Below are positions 10,891-19,133 of a stretch of 64,000 bases of DNA, piece by piece. The notes beneath the pieces are model-generated. The model made no database searches. It was not told the DNA's origin and saw nothing but the letters and a program-made list of their open reading frames with translations. Each line of letters begins with the position of its first letter. Positions within the stretch are counted from its first letter, which is position 1. The translations under genes were made by a program, and so were the position numbers. The stretch spans positions 43,937 through 107,936 of the forward strand of contig CAWHCW010000007.1 in the NCBI GenBank assembly GCA_963827965.1, read 5' to 3'. Source of the DNA: an uncultured Chloroflexia bacterium (GTDB lineage Bacteria > Chloroflexota > Limnocylindria > Limnocylindrales > CSP1-4).

Positions 10891-12105
10891 ATGACGACAC
10901 CGACCCGACCCAGCCTCGACGACCCGGCGCTCCAGATCCCGGTCGACCACGCCGGCATCTTCGAGCCGCTCCCCGTCGCCCACACCGAGCGACAGCGGGA
11001 GTTCTACGCCCTCCGCGATGGCGAGATGCTCCTCAACATGGGGCCTCACCACCCTGCGACGCATGGCGTCCTGCGGGTCGTCCTCAAGATCAACGGGGAA
11101 CAGGTCGTGGACCTGGACCCGATCCTGGGCTACCTCCACCGGGGCGTCGAGAAGCTCTGCGAGAACGCCGACTACCACCAGTCGATCGCGTACATGGACC
11201 CCCTCGACTACCTGGCCTCGATCTTCTGCGAGTGGCCGGCGGTCATGGCCTTCGAGAAGCTCCTCGACGTCGAGGTCCCGCGGCGGGCCGAGTACATCCG
11301 GGTCATCGCCGGCGAGCTCAACCGGATCGCCAGCCACACCCTGTTCCTGGGCTTCATGGCCCTGGACCTGGGCGGGATCACCCCCATCCTGTGGAGCTTC
11401 TCCGAGCGCGACGAGATCGTGGAGATGCTGGCCGGCCTGACCGGCGCCCGCATGCTCTTCAACTACTTCCGGATCGGCGGCGTCAACGGCGACCTGAACC
11501 ACGAGTTCATGAGCCGCCTGGGCGACTGGATGGGCCGGGCGAGCGAGCAGCTCGAGGCCGGCACGGGCCTCCTGAACGAGAACGAGATCTTCGTCCGGCG
11601 CGCCCGGGGCATCGGCGTGATCGACCGCGAGACGGCCCTCCGGATGTGCGCCAGCGGGCCGAACCTCCGGGCGTCGGGCGTCCCGTTCGATCTCCGCCGG
11701 GCCCACCCCTACAGCGTCTACCCGGAGCTGGACTTCGAGATCCCGACCCGCCAGGAGGGCGACTCGCTGGCCCGCTACCTGCTCCGGACCGACGAGGTCA
11801 AGCAGAGCCTCCGGATCATCGACCAGTGCCTCCACCAGATCCCCGACGGGCCCGTCATGGCCCGCCTGCCGCGCCTCCTGCGCCCGCGCCCGGGCCGTGC
11901 CTTCGGCGCGGTCGAGGGACCACGCGGCCAGTACTCCACCTACGTCGTCAGCGACGGCACGGACCAGCCGTTCCGGATGCGGATCCACGACCCCAGCTTC
12001 CTGCACCTCCAGCTCCTGGGTCTCCTGATGCCGGGCAACCTGATCGCGGACACGATGGCGATCATGTCGTCCCTGGACCCGGTCATGGGCGGCGCGGACA
12101 AGTGA
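10891..12105 (+). CDS. nuoD: NADH-quinone oxidoreductase subunit D
   Basis: LNMGPHHPATHGVLRVVLKINGEQVVDLDPILGYLHRGVEKLCE...; intact 404 aa ORF. Confidence 0.95.
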   Translation: MTTPTRPSLDDPALQIPVDHAGIFEPLPVAHTERQREFYALRDGEMLLNMGPHHPATHGVLRVVLKINGEQVVDLDPILGYLHRGVEKLCENADYHQSIAYMDPLDYLASIFCEWPAVMAFEKLLDVEVPRRAEYIRVIAGELNRIASHTLFLGFMALDLGGITPILWSFSERDEIVEMLAGLTGARMLFNYFRIGGVNGDLNHEFMSRLGDWMGRASEQLEAGTGLLNENEIFVRRARGIGVIDRETALRMCASGPNLRASGVPFDLRRAHPYSVYPELDFEIPTRQEGDSLARYLLRTDEVKQSLRIIDQCLHQIPDGPVMARLPRLLRPRPGRAFGAVEGPRGQYSTYVVSDGTDQPFRMRIHDPSFLHLQLLGLLMPGNLIADTMAIMSSLDPVMGGADK

Positions 12106-12118
12106 GGGCCGCTCACCG

Positions 12119-13462
12119 ATGACCGCCGTGACGTCCTACTGGAACCGGCTGTCGCTCCCCTCGCGGATCCTGCTGGTCCTGGTGCCCACGTTCCTGGTGC
12201 TGGGCGGCGCCGCGACGGTCGCGATCGTCCTGCTCGTGCCGCCGCTCCTCGACTTCCTGGGGGCGAACCCGGGCCTCGTCCGCTTCGCCGTCGCCATGCT
12301 GCTGGTGATCGTGGCCACGATCCCGACGGCCTTCGTGATCATCCTCCTGGAGCTGAAGGTGATCGCCCGGATGAACCTCCGGGTGGGGCCCGACCGGGTG
12401 GGACCGTTCGGGGTGGCCATGAGCGTGGTCCACGGGCTCAAGGTGCTCGCCAAGGAGGACTACACGCCGCGCGGCGTCGACGTCCTGATCTTCACCCTGG
12501 CCCCGGTCGCGGTCTTCCTGACCACGATCATGAGCTTCCTCGTGATCCCCTTCGGGCCCGGCCTGATCGCCCAGGACTTCAACATCGCCCTGCTCTACTT
12601 CTTCGCGATCGGCGGCCTCAACGTCGTGGGCCTGATGATGGCCGGCTGGGCCAGCTTCAACAAGTACAGCCTCATCGGCGCGCTGCGCGCCGCGGCCCAG
12701 GCGATCAGCTACGAGATCCCGCTCACCCTCTCCGTGGTCGGCGTGATCATCCTGGCCGGGACCATGAGCCTGGGCTCCATCGTGCAGCAGCAGGCCGGCT
12801 CGGCCCTGGACTGGAACGTCTGGAAGCAGCCCCTGGGCCTGCTCATCTTCTTCGTCGCCGGCATCGCGGAGGTGAACCGGACCCCGCTCGACATGACCGA
12901 GGCCGACCAGGAGATCGTGGCCGGCTTCGCCACCGAGTACTCCGGGATGCGCTTCGGCTTCTTCTTCTTCGCCGAGTACGTCAACGTCTTCGTCATGTCG
13001 GCGATGACGGTCGTCCTCTTCTTCGGCGGCTGGAACGCGCCCTTCGACTGGCCGTTCCCCGTCACCCTGGCCCTCGACCCGGGGAGCCTGGGGCTGGGCC
13101 TCCTCTTCGTCGTGGGGCTGGCCCCGGTGCTGGGAACGGTGCTCCTGGCGCTTCCCTTCTGGCTCGGCTCGTCGCGGATCTCGGCACTCCGGGCGCTCCT
13201 GATCGGGTTCCTCCTCTTCAACGTCCTGGCCGTCGGCGCCTTCCTCGGCTGGGCCTTCATCAGCTTCGACTGGGTGGTGGGGCTCTTCTGGATGAGCGCC
13301 AAGAGCTACGTCTTCGTGCTCGTCTTCGTCCAGATGCGGGCGACCTTCCCGCGGGTCCGGGTGGACCAGCTGATGAGCTTCGCCTGGAAGTGGCTCCTGC
13401 CTGCCGCCCTCCTCAACATCTTCGTGACCGCCATCGCGGTCTCCATCCTGGGCAACCGGTGA
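12119..13462 (+). CDS. nuoH: NADH-quinone oxidoreductase subunit H
   Basis: RMNLRVGPDRVGPFG...NRTPLDMTEADQEIVAGFATEYSGMRFGFFFFAEY; intact. It follows nuoD directly, with no nuoEFG in between. Confidence 0.95.
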   Translation: MTAVTSYWNRLSLPSRILLVLVPTFLVLGGAATVAIVLLVPPLLDFLGANPGLVRFAVAMLLVIVATIPTAFVIILLELKVIARMNLRVGPDRVGPFGVAMSVVHGLKVLAKEDYTPRGVDVLIFTLAPVAVFLTTIMSFLVIPFGPGLIAQDFNIALLYFFAIGGLNVVGLMMAGWASFNKYSLIGALRAAAQAISYEIPLTLSVVGVIILAGTMSLGSIVQQQAGSALDWNVWKQPLGLLIFFVAGIAEVNRTPLDMTEADQEIVAGFATEYSGMRFGFFFFAEYVNVFVMSAMTVVLFFGGWNAPFDWPFPVTLALDPGSLGLGLLFVVGLAPVLGTVLLALPFWLGSSRISALRALLIGFLLFNVLAVGAFLGWAFISFDWVVGLFWMSAKSYVFVLVFVQMRATFPRVRVDQLMSFAWKWLLPAALLNIFVTAIAVSILGNR

Positions 13463-13472
13463 GGGGGCCGCG

Positions 13473-14306
13473 ATGAGCAGCATCCCGGGCCTCGGCCTGG
13501 CCAGGGGCATGGCCCTGACCCTGCGCCGCTTCTTCCAGCCCCCGGTCACGATCAAGTACCCCGAGGTGGACGCGGACGTCGCGGTGAAGTACCGCGGCCG
13601 GCTCCAGCTCCTCTACGACGAGCACGGCACGCTCAAGTGCGAGACCTGCTTCCAGTGCGCCCAGGCCTGCCCCATCGAATGCATCGACATGGGCGGCACG
13701 GACACCAAGGGCCGCTTCGCGGTCCACTGGGGCGCCGCCGAGACGTACGGCGAGCGGCGCACGGAGTCGGCCCTCCGCCGCGCCGGGCGCGAGGTCCCCG
13801 ACGCGCTCTTCACGGCCTTCGAGCCGGCCGACCTCGACGCCGTGGACGCCATCCTGGAGGACCACGACCACGACCCGCACCGGATGCTCTCCATCCTGGA
13901 GGCCGTCCAGGCCGAGTTCGGCAACCTTCCGGTCGCCGCGCTCAAGCGGATCAGCCATCGGACGGGCGCCTGGTACGCGATGATCTACGGCACCGCCAGC
14001 TACTACCACCACTTCCGCTTCGAGCGGACGGTGGAGGAGGTCGCCGTCTGCCGCTGCACGGCCTGCCTGATGGCCGGCGGGGGCCGGCTTGCCGATGCGA
14101 TCAGCGCCGGGCTGCGGACCGAGATGGGCCGGCCCACCCCGGACGGCCGGATCCGCTTCGCCTGGCTCTCCACGCACCTGCCCGGCGCCGCCGCCCCGCT
14201 CGTTGCCCTCGACGGCGAGGCCCAGCCGGAGGTGACCGCCGCCAACGCCACCGCCTGGGCCCAGGCGCTCGCCGGGGAGCACCCGGCCAGCCGCACGGTC
14301 CACTGA
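13473..14306 (+). CDS. fusion of an N-terminal NuoI fragment (single 4Fe-4S motif) with a NuoE-like thioredoxin-fold domain
   Basis: Residues 1-85 (FFQPPVTIKYPEV...RGRLQLLYDEHGTLKCETCFQCAQACPIECIDM...KGRFAVHW) align with the first half of NuoI/TYKY. Residues about 125-245 (RMLSILEAVQAEFGNLPVAALKRISHRTGAWYAMIYGTASYYHHFRF...VCRCTACLMAGGG...DGRIRFAWLSTHLPGAAAPLVALDGE) align with NuoE, but the second Cys pair is replaced by W/H. It is a single continuous frame; the other frames are junk. Confidence 0.7.
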   Translation: MSSIPGLGLARGMALTLRRFFQPPVTIKYPEVDADVAVKYRGRLQLLYDEHGTLKCETCFQCAQACPIECIDMGGTDTKGRFAVHWGAAETYGERRTESALRRAGREVPDALFTAFEPADLDAVDAILEDHDHDPHRMLSILEAVQAEFGNLPVAALKRISHRTGAWYAMIYGTASYYHHFRFERTVEEVAVCRCTACLMAGGGRLADAISAGLRTEMGRPTPDGRIRFAWLSTHLPGAAAPLVALDGEAQPEVTAANATAWAQALAGEHPASRTVH

Positions 14307-14310
14307 GCCG

Positions 14311-15642
14311 ATGACGACGATCCTCGCGACACCCGCCGGCCGGCCCCGCCCGATCCTCGGCGACGCCACGGGGCCCGTCCCGGCCGACCTCGGCGCCGCG
14401 GTCGCCGGCGGCGCGTTCGCCGCGCTGCGCTCCGTCGTCGGCGACCTGGGGCCCACCGGCACCGTGGCGACGATCGCCGCCTCCGGGCTGCGCGGCCGGG
14501 GCGGCGCCGGCTACCCGGCCGGCGACAAGTGGCGGGCCGTCGCCGGTGCCGCCGACCCCGTCCGGTACGTGGTCGCCAACGGGTACGAGGCCGACCCGGC
14601 GCAGGCAACGAACCGCGTCCTCATGGAGACGCGGCCCTTCGCCGTCGTGGAGGGCACCGCCATCGCCGCCCTCGCCGTCGGCGCCCGCGAGGCGATCATC
14701 GCGGTCCGGGCCGAGTACGCCGACGCGGTGCGAGCCCTGGAGGCCGCCGCCTTCGCCGCCGAGGAGGCCGGCTTCCTCGGGGCGGACGTCCTGCGCTCCG
14801 GCCGCGACGTCGCCGTCACCGTCCGCACCGTGCAGGGCGCCTACATGCTGGGCGAGGAGACGGTCCTCCTGCAGGCCCTGGAGGGGAAGCGCGGCCAGCC
14901 CGAGCAGCGCCCGCCGTACCCCACCGAGCGCGGCCTCTTCGGCCATCCGACCCTCGTCCACAACGTGGCCACGCTGGCGACCGTGCCCTGGATCGTCCTC
15001 AACGGCGTCGACGCCTTCCGCGCCATCGGCGACCCCGACGCGCCGGGCACCGTGCTCGTCGGGGTCTCCGGCGCCGTGGCCAACCCGGGGATCGCCGAGA
15101 TCCCGACCGGGACGACCCTCCGCGAGATCATCGACCTCGCCGGGGGCCTCGCCGCCGGGCACACGTTCAAGGCGGCCCTGGTCGGGGGCCCCAGCGGCGG
15201 GCTCCTGCCGGCGGAGCTCCTCGACACGCCCTACTCGTTCGACGCGCTGCGGGCGACCGGCGCCCACGTCGGCTCGGGCGGGGTCGTGATCGCCGACGAG
15301 GGCACCTGCATCGTGGACCTGGCCCGGCTCCTCGTCCGCTACGGCGCCGACGAGGCCTGCGGCAAGACGATCCCCTGCCGGATCGGCCTGCGCCGGCTGG
15401 CCGAGATCGGCCAGCGCTACGTCGACGGCACGGCCCGGCCCACCGATCCGAAGCTCCTCGCCGACCTCGCCGACGACTGCGCCGCGAGCGCGCTCTGCGA
15501 TCACGAGCGGCTGGCCCCCTCGCCGCTCCGCACGGCGATGCGATACTTCGGGCCAGAGATCGACGATCACATCCTCCGGGGCGTCTGTCCCGCCGGCGTC
15601 TGCAGCCCGATCCGGGTCGCCGGCGCGAGCACCGGAAGGTAG
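14311..15642 (+). CDS. nuoF: NADH-quinone oxidoreductase subunit F-like (FMN/NADH-binding 51 kDa family)
   Basis: GLRGRGGAGYPAGDKW, GEETVLLQALEGKRGQPEQRPPYP, and the Fe-S region EACGKTIPCRIG...ALCDH. The middle Cys of the usual CxxCxxC is Thr here. Confidence 0.85.
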   Translation: MTTILATPAGRPRPILGDATGPVPADLGAAVAGGAFAALRSVVGDLGPTGTVATIAASGLRGRGGAGYPAGDKWRAVAGAADPVRYVVANGYEADPAQATNRVLMETRPFAVVEGTAIAALAVGAREAIIAVRAEYADAVRALEAAAFAAEEAGFLGADVLRSGRDVAVTVRTVQGAYMLGEETVLLQALEGKRGQPEQRPPYPTERGLFGHPTLVHNVATLATVPWIVLNGVDAFRAIGDPDAPGTVLVGVSGAVANPGIAEIPTGTTLREIIDLAGGLAAGHTFKAALVGGPSGGLLPAELLDTPYSFDALRATGAHVGSGGVVIADEGTCIVDLARLLVRYGADEACGKTIPCRIGLRRLAEIGQRYVDGTARPTDPKLLADLADDCAASALCDHERLAPSPLRTAMRYFGPEIDDHILRGVCPAGVCSPIRVAGASTGR

Positions 15643-15656
15643 GCGACGACCGCACG

Positions 15657-18254
15657 ATGGCCGACCTGATCTCCCGCCCCACCGACCTCGTCTCGACGAC
15701 CCGCCCCGAGCCGGTCGTCGACAGCGTCGCCGAGCGCCTCTTCCGGACCCAGGCGCCGCAGCGGCCGCAGTCGACGCCCGTCATCCGCCTCGAGGTCGAC
15801 GGACGACTCGTCGAGGGCCGCGAGGGCCAGACGATCCTGGAGGTCTGCCGCGACAACGGGATCGAGATCCCGACCCTCTGCTACGAGCCGAAGCTGCCGG
15901 GCTTCGGCGCCTGCCGGATGTGCGTGGTGGAGGTGGAGGGCGAGGAGCACCCGCCGATCTCGTGCTCGCGGGCGGCCGAGACGGGGATGGTGGTCCGGAC
16001 CCAGACCGAGGAGGTCCGGCGGATCCGCCGGACGAACCTCGAGCTCATCTTCTCCGACCACAACGCCTACTGCCTGCCGCCCTGCCAGAACAAGTGCCCC
16101 AGCCACATCGACATCCCGGGCTTCCTGAAGGCGAACGCGGAGGGCGAGTTCCGCGAGTCGGCCCGCATCTTCAAGCGGACGATCCCCTTCCCCTCCATCC
16201 TCGGCCGCGTCTGCCCGGCGCCCTGCGAGGAGCACTGCCGCCGCGACGAGGTCGACGAGGCGATCGCCATCCGCGACAGCCACCGCTACGCCGGCGACCA
16301 GGTCCTCCGCGAGATGCTGGAGCAGGACCTCGACCCGCCCGTCCCCTTCGAGCTGCAGCCGACGTCGGGCAAGCGGGTGGCGGTCATCGGCTCGGGGCCG
16401 GCCGGCGCTTCGGCGGCCTACTACCTCCTGATCGCGGGCCATGACGTCACCATCTTCGAGCGCGACGAGGCCCCCGGCGGGATGCTCCGCTACGGCATCC
16501 CCGAGTACCGCCTGCCGAAGGAGCGCGTCCTCGACCCCGAATACGAGAGCGTCACCCGCCTGGGCGGGCGCTTCGTCTGCGGCCAGGCCCTGGGGCGCGA
16601 CTTCAGCCTGGACGACCTCCAGAACCAGGGCTTCGACGCGGTCGTGGTGGCCATCGGCTGCTACGACACGAACAAGCTGGGGATCCCCAACGAGGACGCC
16701 GACGGCGTCATCGACGGCCTGGCGTACCTCAAGATCGCCACCCTCGGCCTGACCTACCCGGGCCACGCCGGCACGCGGGTCGTCGTGATCGGCGGCGGCT
16801 TCACGGCGATGGACTGCGTCCGCACCTCGGTCCGCCAGGCCGCCGCCGAGGTGACCCTCGTCTACCGCCGCGACATGAAGGACATGCCGGCCTCGAGCGA
16901 GGTCCACGAGGCGATCGAGGAGGGCGTGACCACCATCTTCCAGGCCGGCCCGACCCGCGTCCTCGTCGACGAGGCGAGCGGCAAGGTCTCCGGCGTCGAG
17001 TTCATCCGGATGCAGCTCGGCGCGCCCGACGCGTCCGGCCGCCGGCGCCCCGAGCCGGCGCCCGGGACCGAGTTCGTCATCGAGTGCGACCGGGTCCTGC
17101 TCGCCATCGGCCAGGGGCCGGACCTCGCCTGGATCGGCCCCGGCAACGACGGGCCGCAGGCCACGAAGCAGCGCCGCCTCAAGGTGGACCCCGTCACCTT
17201 CGAGACGGGCCGGCCCGGCATCTTCGGCACGGGCGACGTCCGCACCGGCGCCGCCACCGTGGTCCAGGCGATCGCCGACGGGCGGCGCGCGGCGTACGCC
17301 GTGGACGCCTTCCTGCAGGGCCTGGACCTCGGCGCGATCCGGACCCGCCAGACGCTGGCGGAGCCGCAGCCGGAGTTCCTCTCCATCGTCCCCTTCACCT
17401 CCGAGGTGAAGGAGTCGCGCCATCGCCTCGGCAGCATGCCGGCGGAGGAGCGGCGGACCTCGTACATCGAGTACGAGATCCCCTACAGCCGCGAGGCGGC
17501 GGTGGCGGAGAGCACGCGCTGCCTGCAGTGCACCTGCGAGGCGATCGGCTTCTGCGACCTCCGCCGCCTCGGCATCGAGTACGGGACGACCCTCCGGACC
17601 CTGGAACCGCAGAACAACCGGGGGGCCGGCTTCCGGAGCGTCACCGAGAATCGCTTCACCGGCACGAACCACGACTACCTCCGCGACGACAGCCACGCCT
17701 TCATCCTCCGCGAGCCGTCGCGCTGCATCGACTGCGGCCGCTGCGCCCAGGTCTGCTCGGAGGTGGTGGGCGCCGCCTGCTACGACTTCATGCGGATCGG
17801 CTTCGACACGCTGGTGACGACGCCGCTCGACATGAGCCTCAACGACACGCCCTGCGTCTCCTGCGGCCGCTGCGCCGAGACGTGCCCGACGGGCGCCCTC
17901 ATGCCGAAGCCGCGGATCCTGGAGAAGTACGAGGTCGACGAGAGCCGCTGCATCCTCTGCGGGATCTGCGTGGACGCCTGCCCCTACGACGCCCTCCGCT
18001 GCGGCCCCGACTTCGAGCTCGCCCACACGAGCCGCGAGGAGCCGGAGATCGACCTCATCGCGATCGCCGCCGTGGATCGCGAGACGGAGCTGACCTACGT
18101 GCGCCGCGAGCGCGACTGGGCCCAGCGGGCCCTCGCCTCCGGGCGCGACATCGGGCCGCGGATGCTGCCCGTCCTCCCGGCCTCCATCGCGGGCGGGGGC
18201 GGGAAGGGCAACGGGAGCGAGCACGCGGCGCCGCCCCCCCACGGAACCGACTGA
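15657..18254 (+). CDS. NuoG-like iron-sulfur protein with an inserted GltD-type (glutamate synthase small-subunit-like) FAD/NAD(P)H domain and a NuoI-like 2x[4Fe-4S] C-terminus; no molybdopterin-like domain
   Basis: Residues 40-110 form a NuoG-type 2Fe-2S domain (VIRLEVDGRLVEGREGQTILEVCRDNGIEIPTLCYEPKLPGFGACRMCVVEV). Residues about 135-555 match GltD closely (CLPPCQNKCPSHIDIPGFL, GKRVAVIGSGPAGASAAYYL, VVVIGGGFTAMDCVRTSVRQAAAEVTLVYRRDMKDMPASSEVHEAIEEGV, GVEFIRMQLGAPDASGRRR, GIFGTGDVRTGAATVV). Residues 675-745 resemble the NuoG N4 region (FILREPSRCIDCGRCAQVC...CPTGAL). Residues 730-800 read CVSCGRCAETCPTGALMPKPRILEKYEVDESRCILCGICVDACPYDALRCGPDFELA, which is NuoI-like. Confidence 0.75.
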   Translation: MADLISRPTDLVSTTRPEPVVDSVAERLFRTQAPQRPQSTPVIRLEVDGRLVEGREGQTILEVCRDNGIEIPTLCYEPKLPGFGACRMCVVEVEGEEHPPISCSRAAETGMVVRTQTEEVRRIRRTNLELIFSDHNAYCLPPCQNKCPSHIDIPGFLKANAEGEFRESARIFKRTIPFPSILGRVCPAPCEEHCRRDEVDEAIAIRDSHRYAGDQVLREMLEQDLDPPVPFELQPTSGKRVAVIGSGPAGASAAYYLLIAGHDVTIFERDEAPGGMLRYGIPEYRLPKERVLDPEYESVTRLGGRFVCGQALGRDFSLDDLQNQGFDAVVVAIGCYDTNKLGIPNEDADGVIDGLAYLKIATLGLTYPGHAGTRVVVIGGGFTAMDCVRTSVRQAAAEVTLVYRRDMKDMPASSEVHEAIEEGVTTIFQAGPTRVLVDEASGKVSGVEFIRMQLGAPDASGRRRPEPAPGTEFVIECDRVLLAIGQGPDLAWIGPGNDGPQATKQRRLKVDPVTFETGRPGIFGTGDVRTGAATVVQAIADGRRAAYAVDAFLQGLDLGAIRTRQTLAEPQPEFLSIVPFTSEVKESRHRLGSMPAEERRTSYIEYEIPYSREAAVAESTRCLQCTCEAIGFCDLRRLGIEYGTTLRTLEPQNNRGAGFRSVTENRFTGTNHDYLRDDSHAFILREPSRCIDCGRCAQVCSEVVGAACYDFMRIGFDTLVTTPLDMSLNDTPCVSCGRCAETCPTGALMPKPRILEKYEVDESRCILCGICVDACPYDALRCGPDFELAHTSREEPEIDLIAIAAVDRETELTYVRRERDWAQRALASGRDIGPRMLPVLPASIAGGGGKGNGSEHAAPPPHGTD

Positions 18255-18266
18255 GCGAGGCGAGAG

Positions 18267-18800
18267 GTGGCGATTCCGGACACCGTGCCGGTCCTGGGGA
18301 TGAGCTGGAACGACCTGCTCTTCCTCTTCCTCGCGGGGGCGCTGCTCGGCAGCGCCCTGCTGGTGGTCACCCTCCGCGACATCATCCGCTCCGGCATCGC
18401 GATGATCGCCGCGTTCGCCGCCCTGGCCGGCATCTACGTCATGCTGGGCGCCCCGCTCGTCGCCGCCGCCCAGGTCCTCGTCTACATCGGGGCGATCGCC
18501 GTCCTGATCCTCTTCGCCGTCATGCTGACCCAGGCCAAGAACGCGCCGGTCCGCCTCGTCTTCCAGACCCAGGCGATCCCGGCGGCCGTCGCCGCGATCG
18601 TCCTGGCGGTCATCGTGGCCCTGAGCGTCACGGCCACGGACTGGGGAGACGTCGGCCAGCGGGTGGTCACGGGCACCGACGCCCTCGCCCGGCTCCTCTT
18701 CACCGACTACGTGCTCCCCCTGGAGATCGTCAGCGTGCTCCTGCTGGCGGCCGTCATCGGCGGCGTCTACCTCGCGAAGCGGGAGGACCGTGACGCATGA
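18267..18800 (+). CDS. nuoJ: NADH-quinone oxidoreductase subunit J
   Basis: GTG start; hydrophobic 177 aa protein in the position and with the pattern of NuoJ ([17 protein letters not shown]). Confidence 0.85.
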   Translation: MAIPDTVPVLGMSWNDLLFLFLAGALLGSALLVVTLRDIIRSGIAMIAAFAALAGIYVMLGAPLVAAAQVLVYIGAIAVLILFAVMLTQAKNAPVRLVFQTQAIPAAVAAIVLAVIVALSVTATDWGDVGQRVVTGTDALARLLFTDYVLPLEIVSVLLLAAVIGGVYLAKREDRDA

Positions 18801-19108
18801 GCCACTCCCTGGACGCCTACCTGATCCTCGCCGGGATCCTCTTCGCCATCGGGTCCTTCGGCTTCCTGGCCCGGCGGAACGCGATCAGCATGCTCATGTC
18901 GATCGAGCTGATGCTCAACGCCGTCAACCTTGCCATCGTCGCCTTCGGCGCCTTCGTGCCGGAGCTGAACGCCGACGCCTCGGTGATCGCCCTCATGGTG
19001 ATGGCGGTCGCCGCGGCCGAAGCGACCGCCGGCCTCGCCATCGTCATGGCGATCTACCGCAACCGGCGGACGCCGCTCGTCGACGAGTACGACGCCATGC
19101 GCCAGTAG
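18797..19108 (+). CDS. nuoK: NADH-quinone oxidoreductase subunit K
   Basis: [42 protein letters not shown]...; ATGA overlap with nuoJ. Confidence 0.9.
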   Translation: MSHSLDAYLILAGILFAIGSFGFLARRNAISMLMSIELMLNAVNLAIVAFGAFVPELNADASVIALMVMAVAAAEATAGLAIVMAIYRNRRTPLVDEYDAMRQ

Positions 19109-19133
19109 CCGGCGAGGAGCCCGAGAGACCCGC

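Noticed and set aside
13473-14306. The NuoI::NuoE fusion as an artefact of a frameshift or a missed stop
   Set aside because: Both parts lie in one uninterrupted frame. The other two frames across 13600-14300 give junk translations. Given the error rate, read-level confirmation is still advisable.
16059-17319. Reading the GltD-like region as a stand-alone glutamate synthase small subunit (gltD)
   Set aside because: It is in frame and continuous with a NuoG-type 2Fe-2S N-terminus and a ferredoxin C-terminus, there is no gltB neighbour, and it sits inside the nuo operon.
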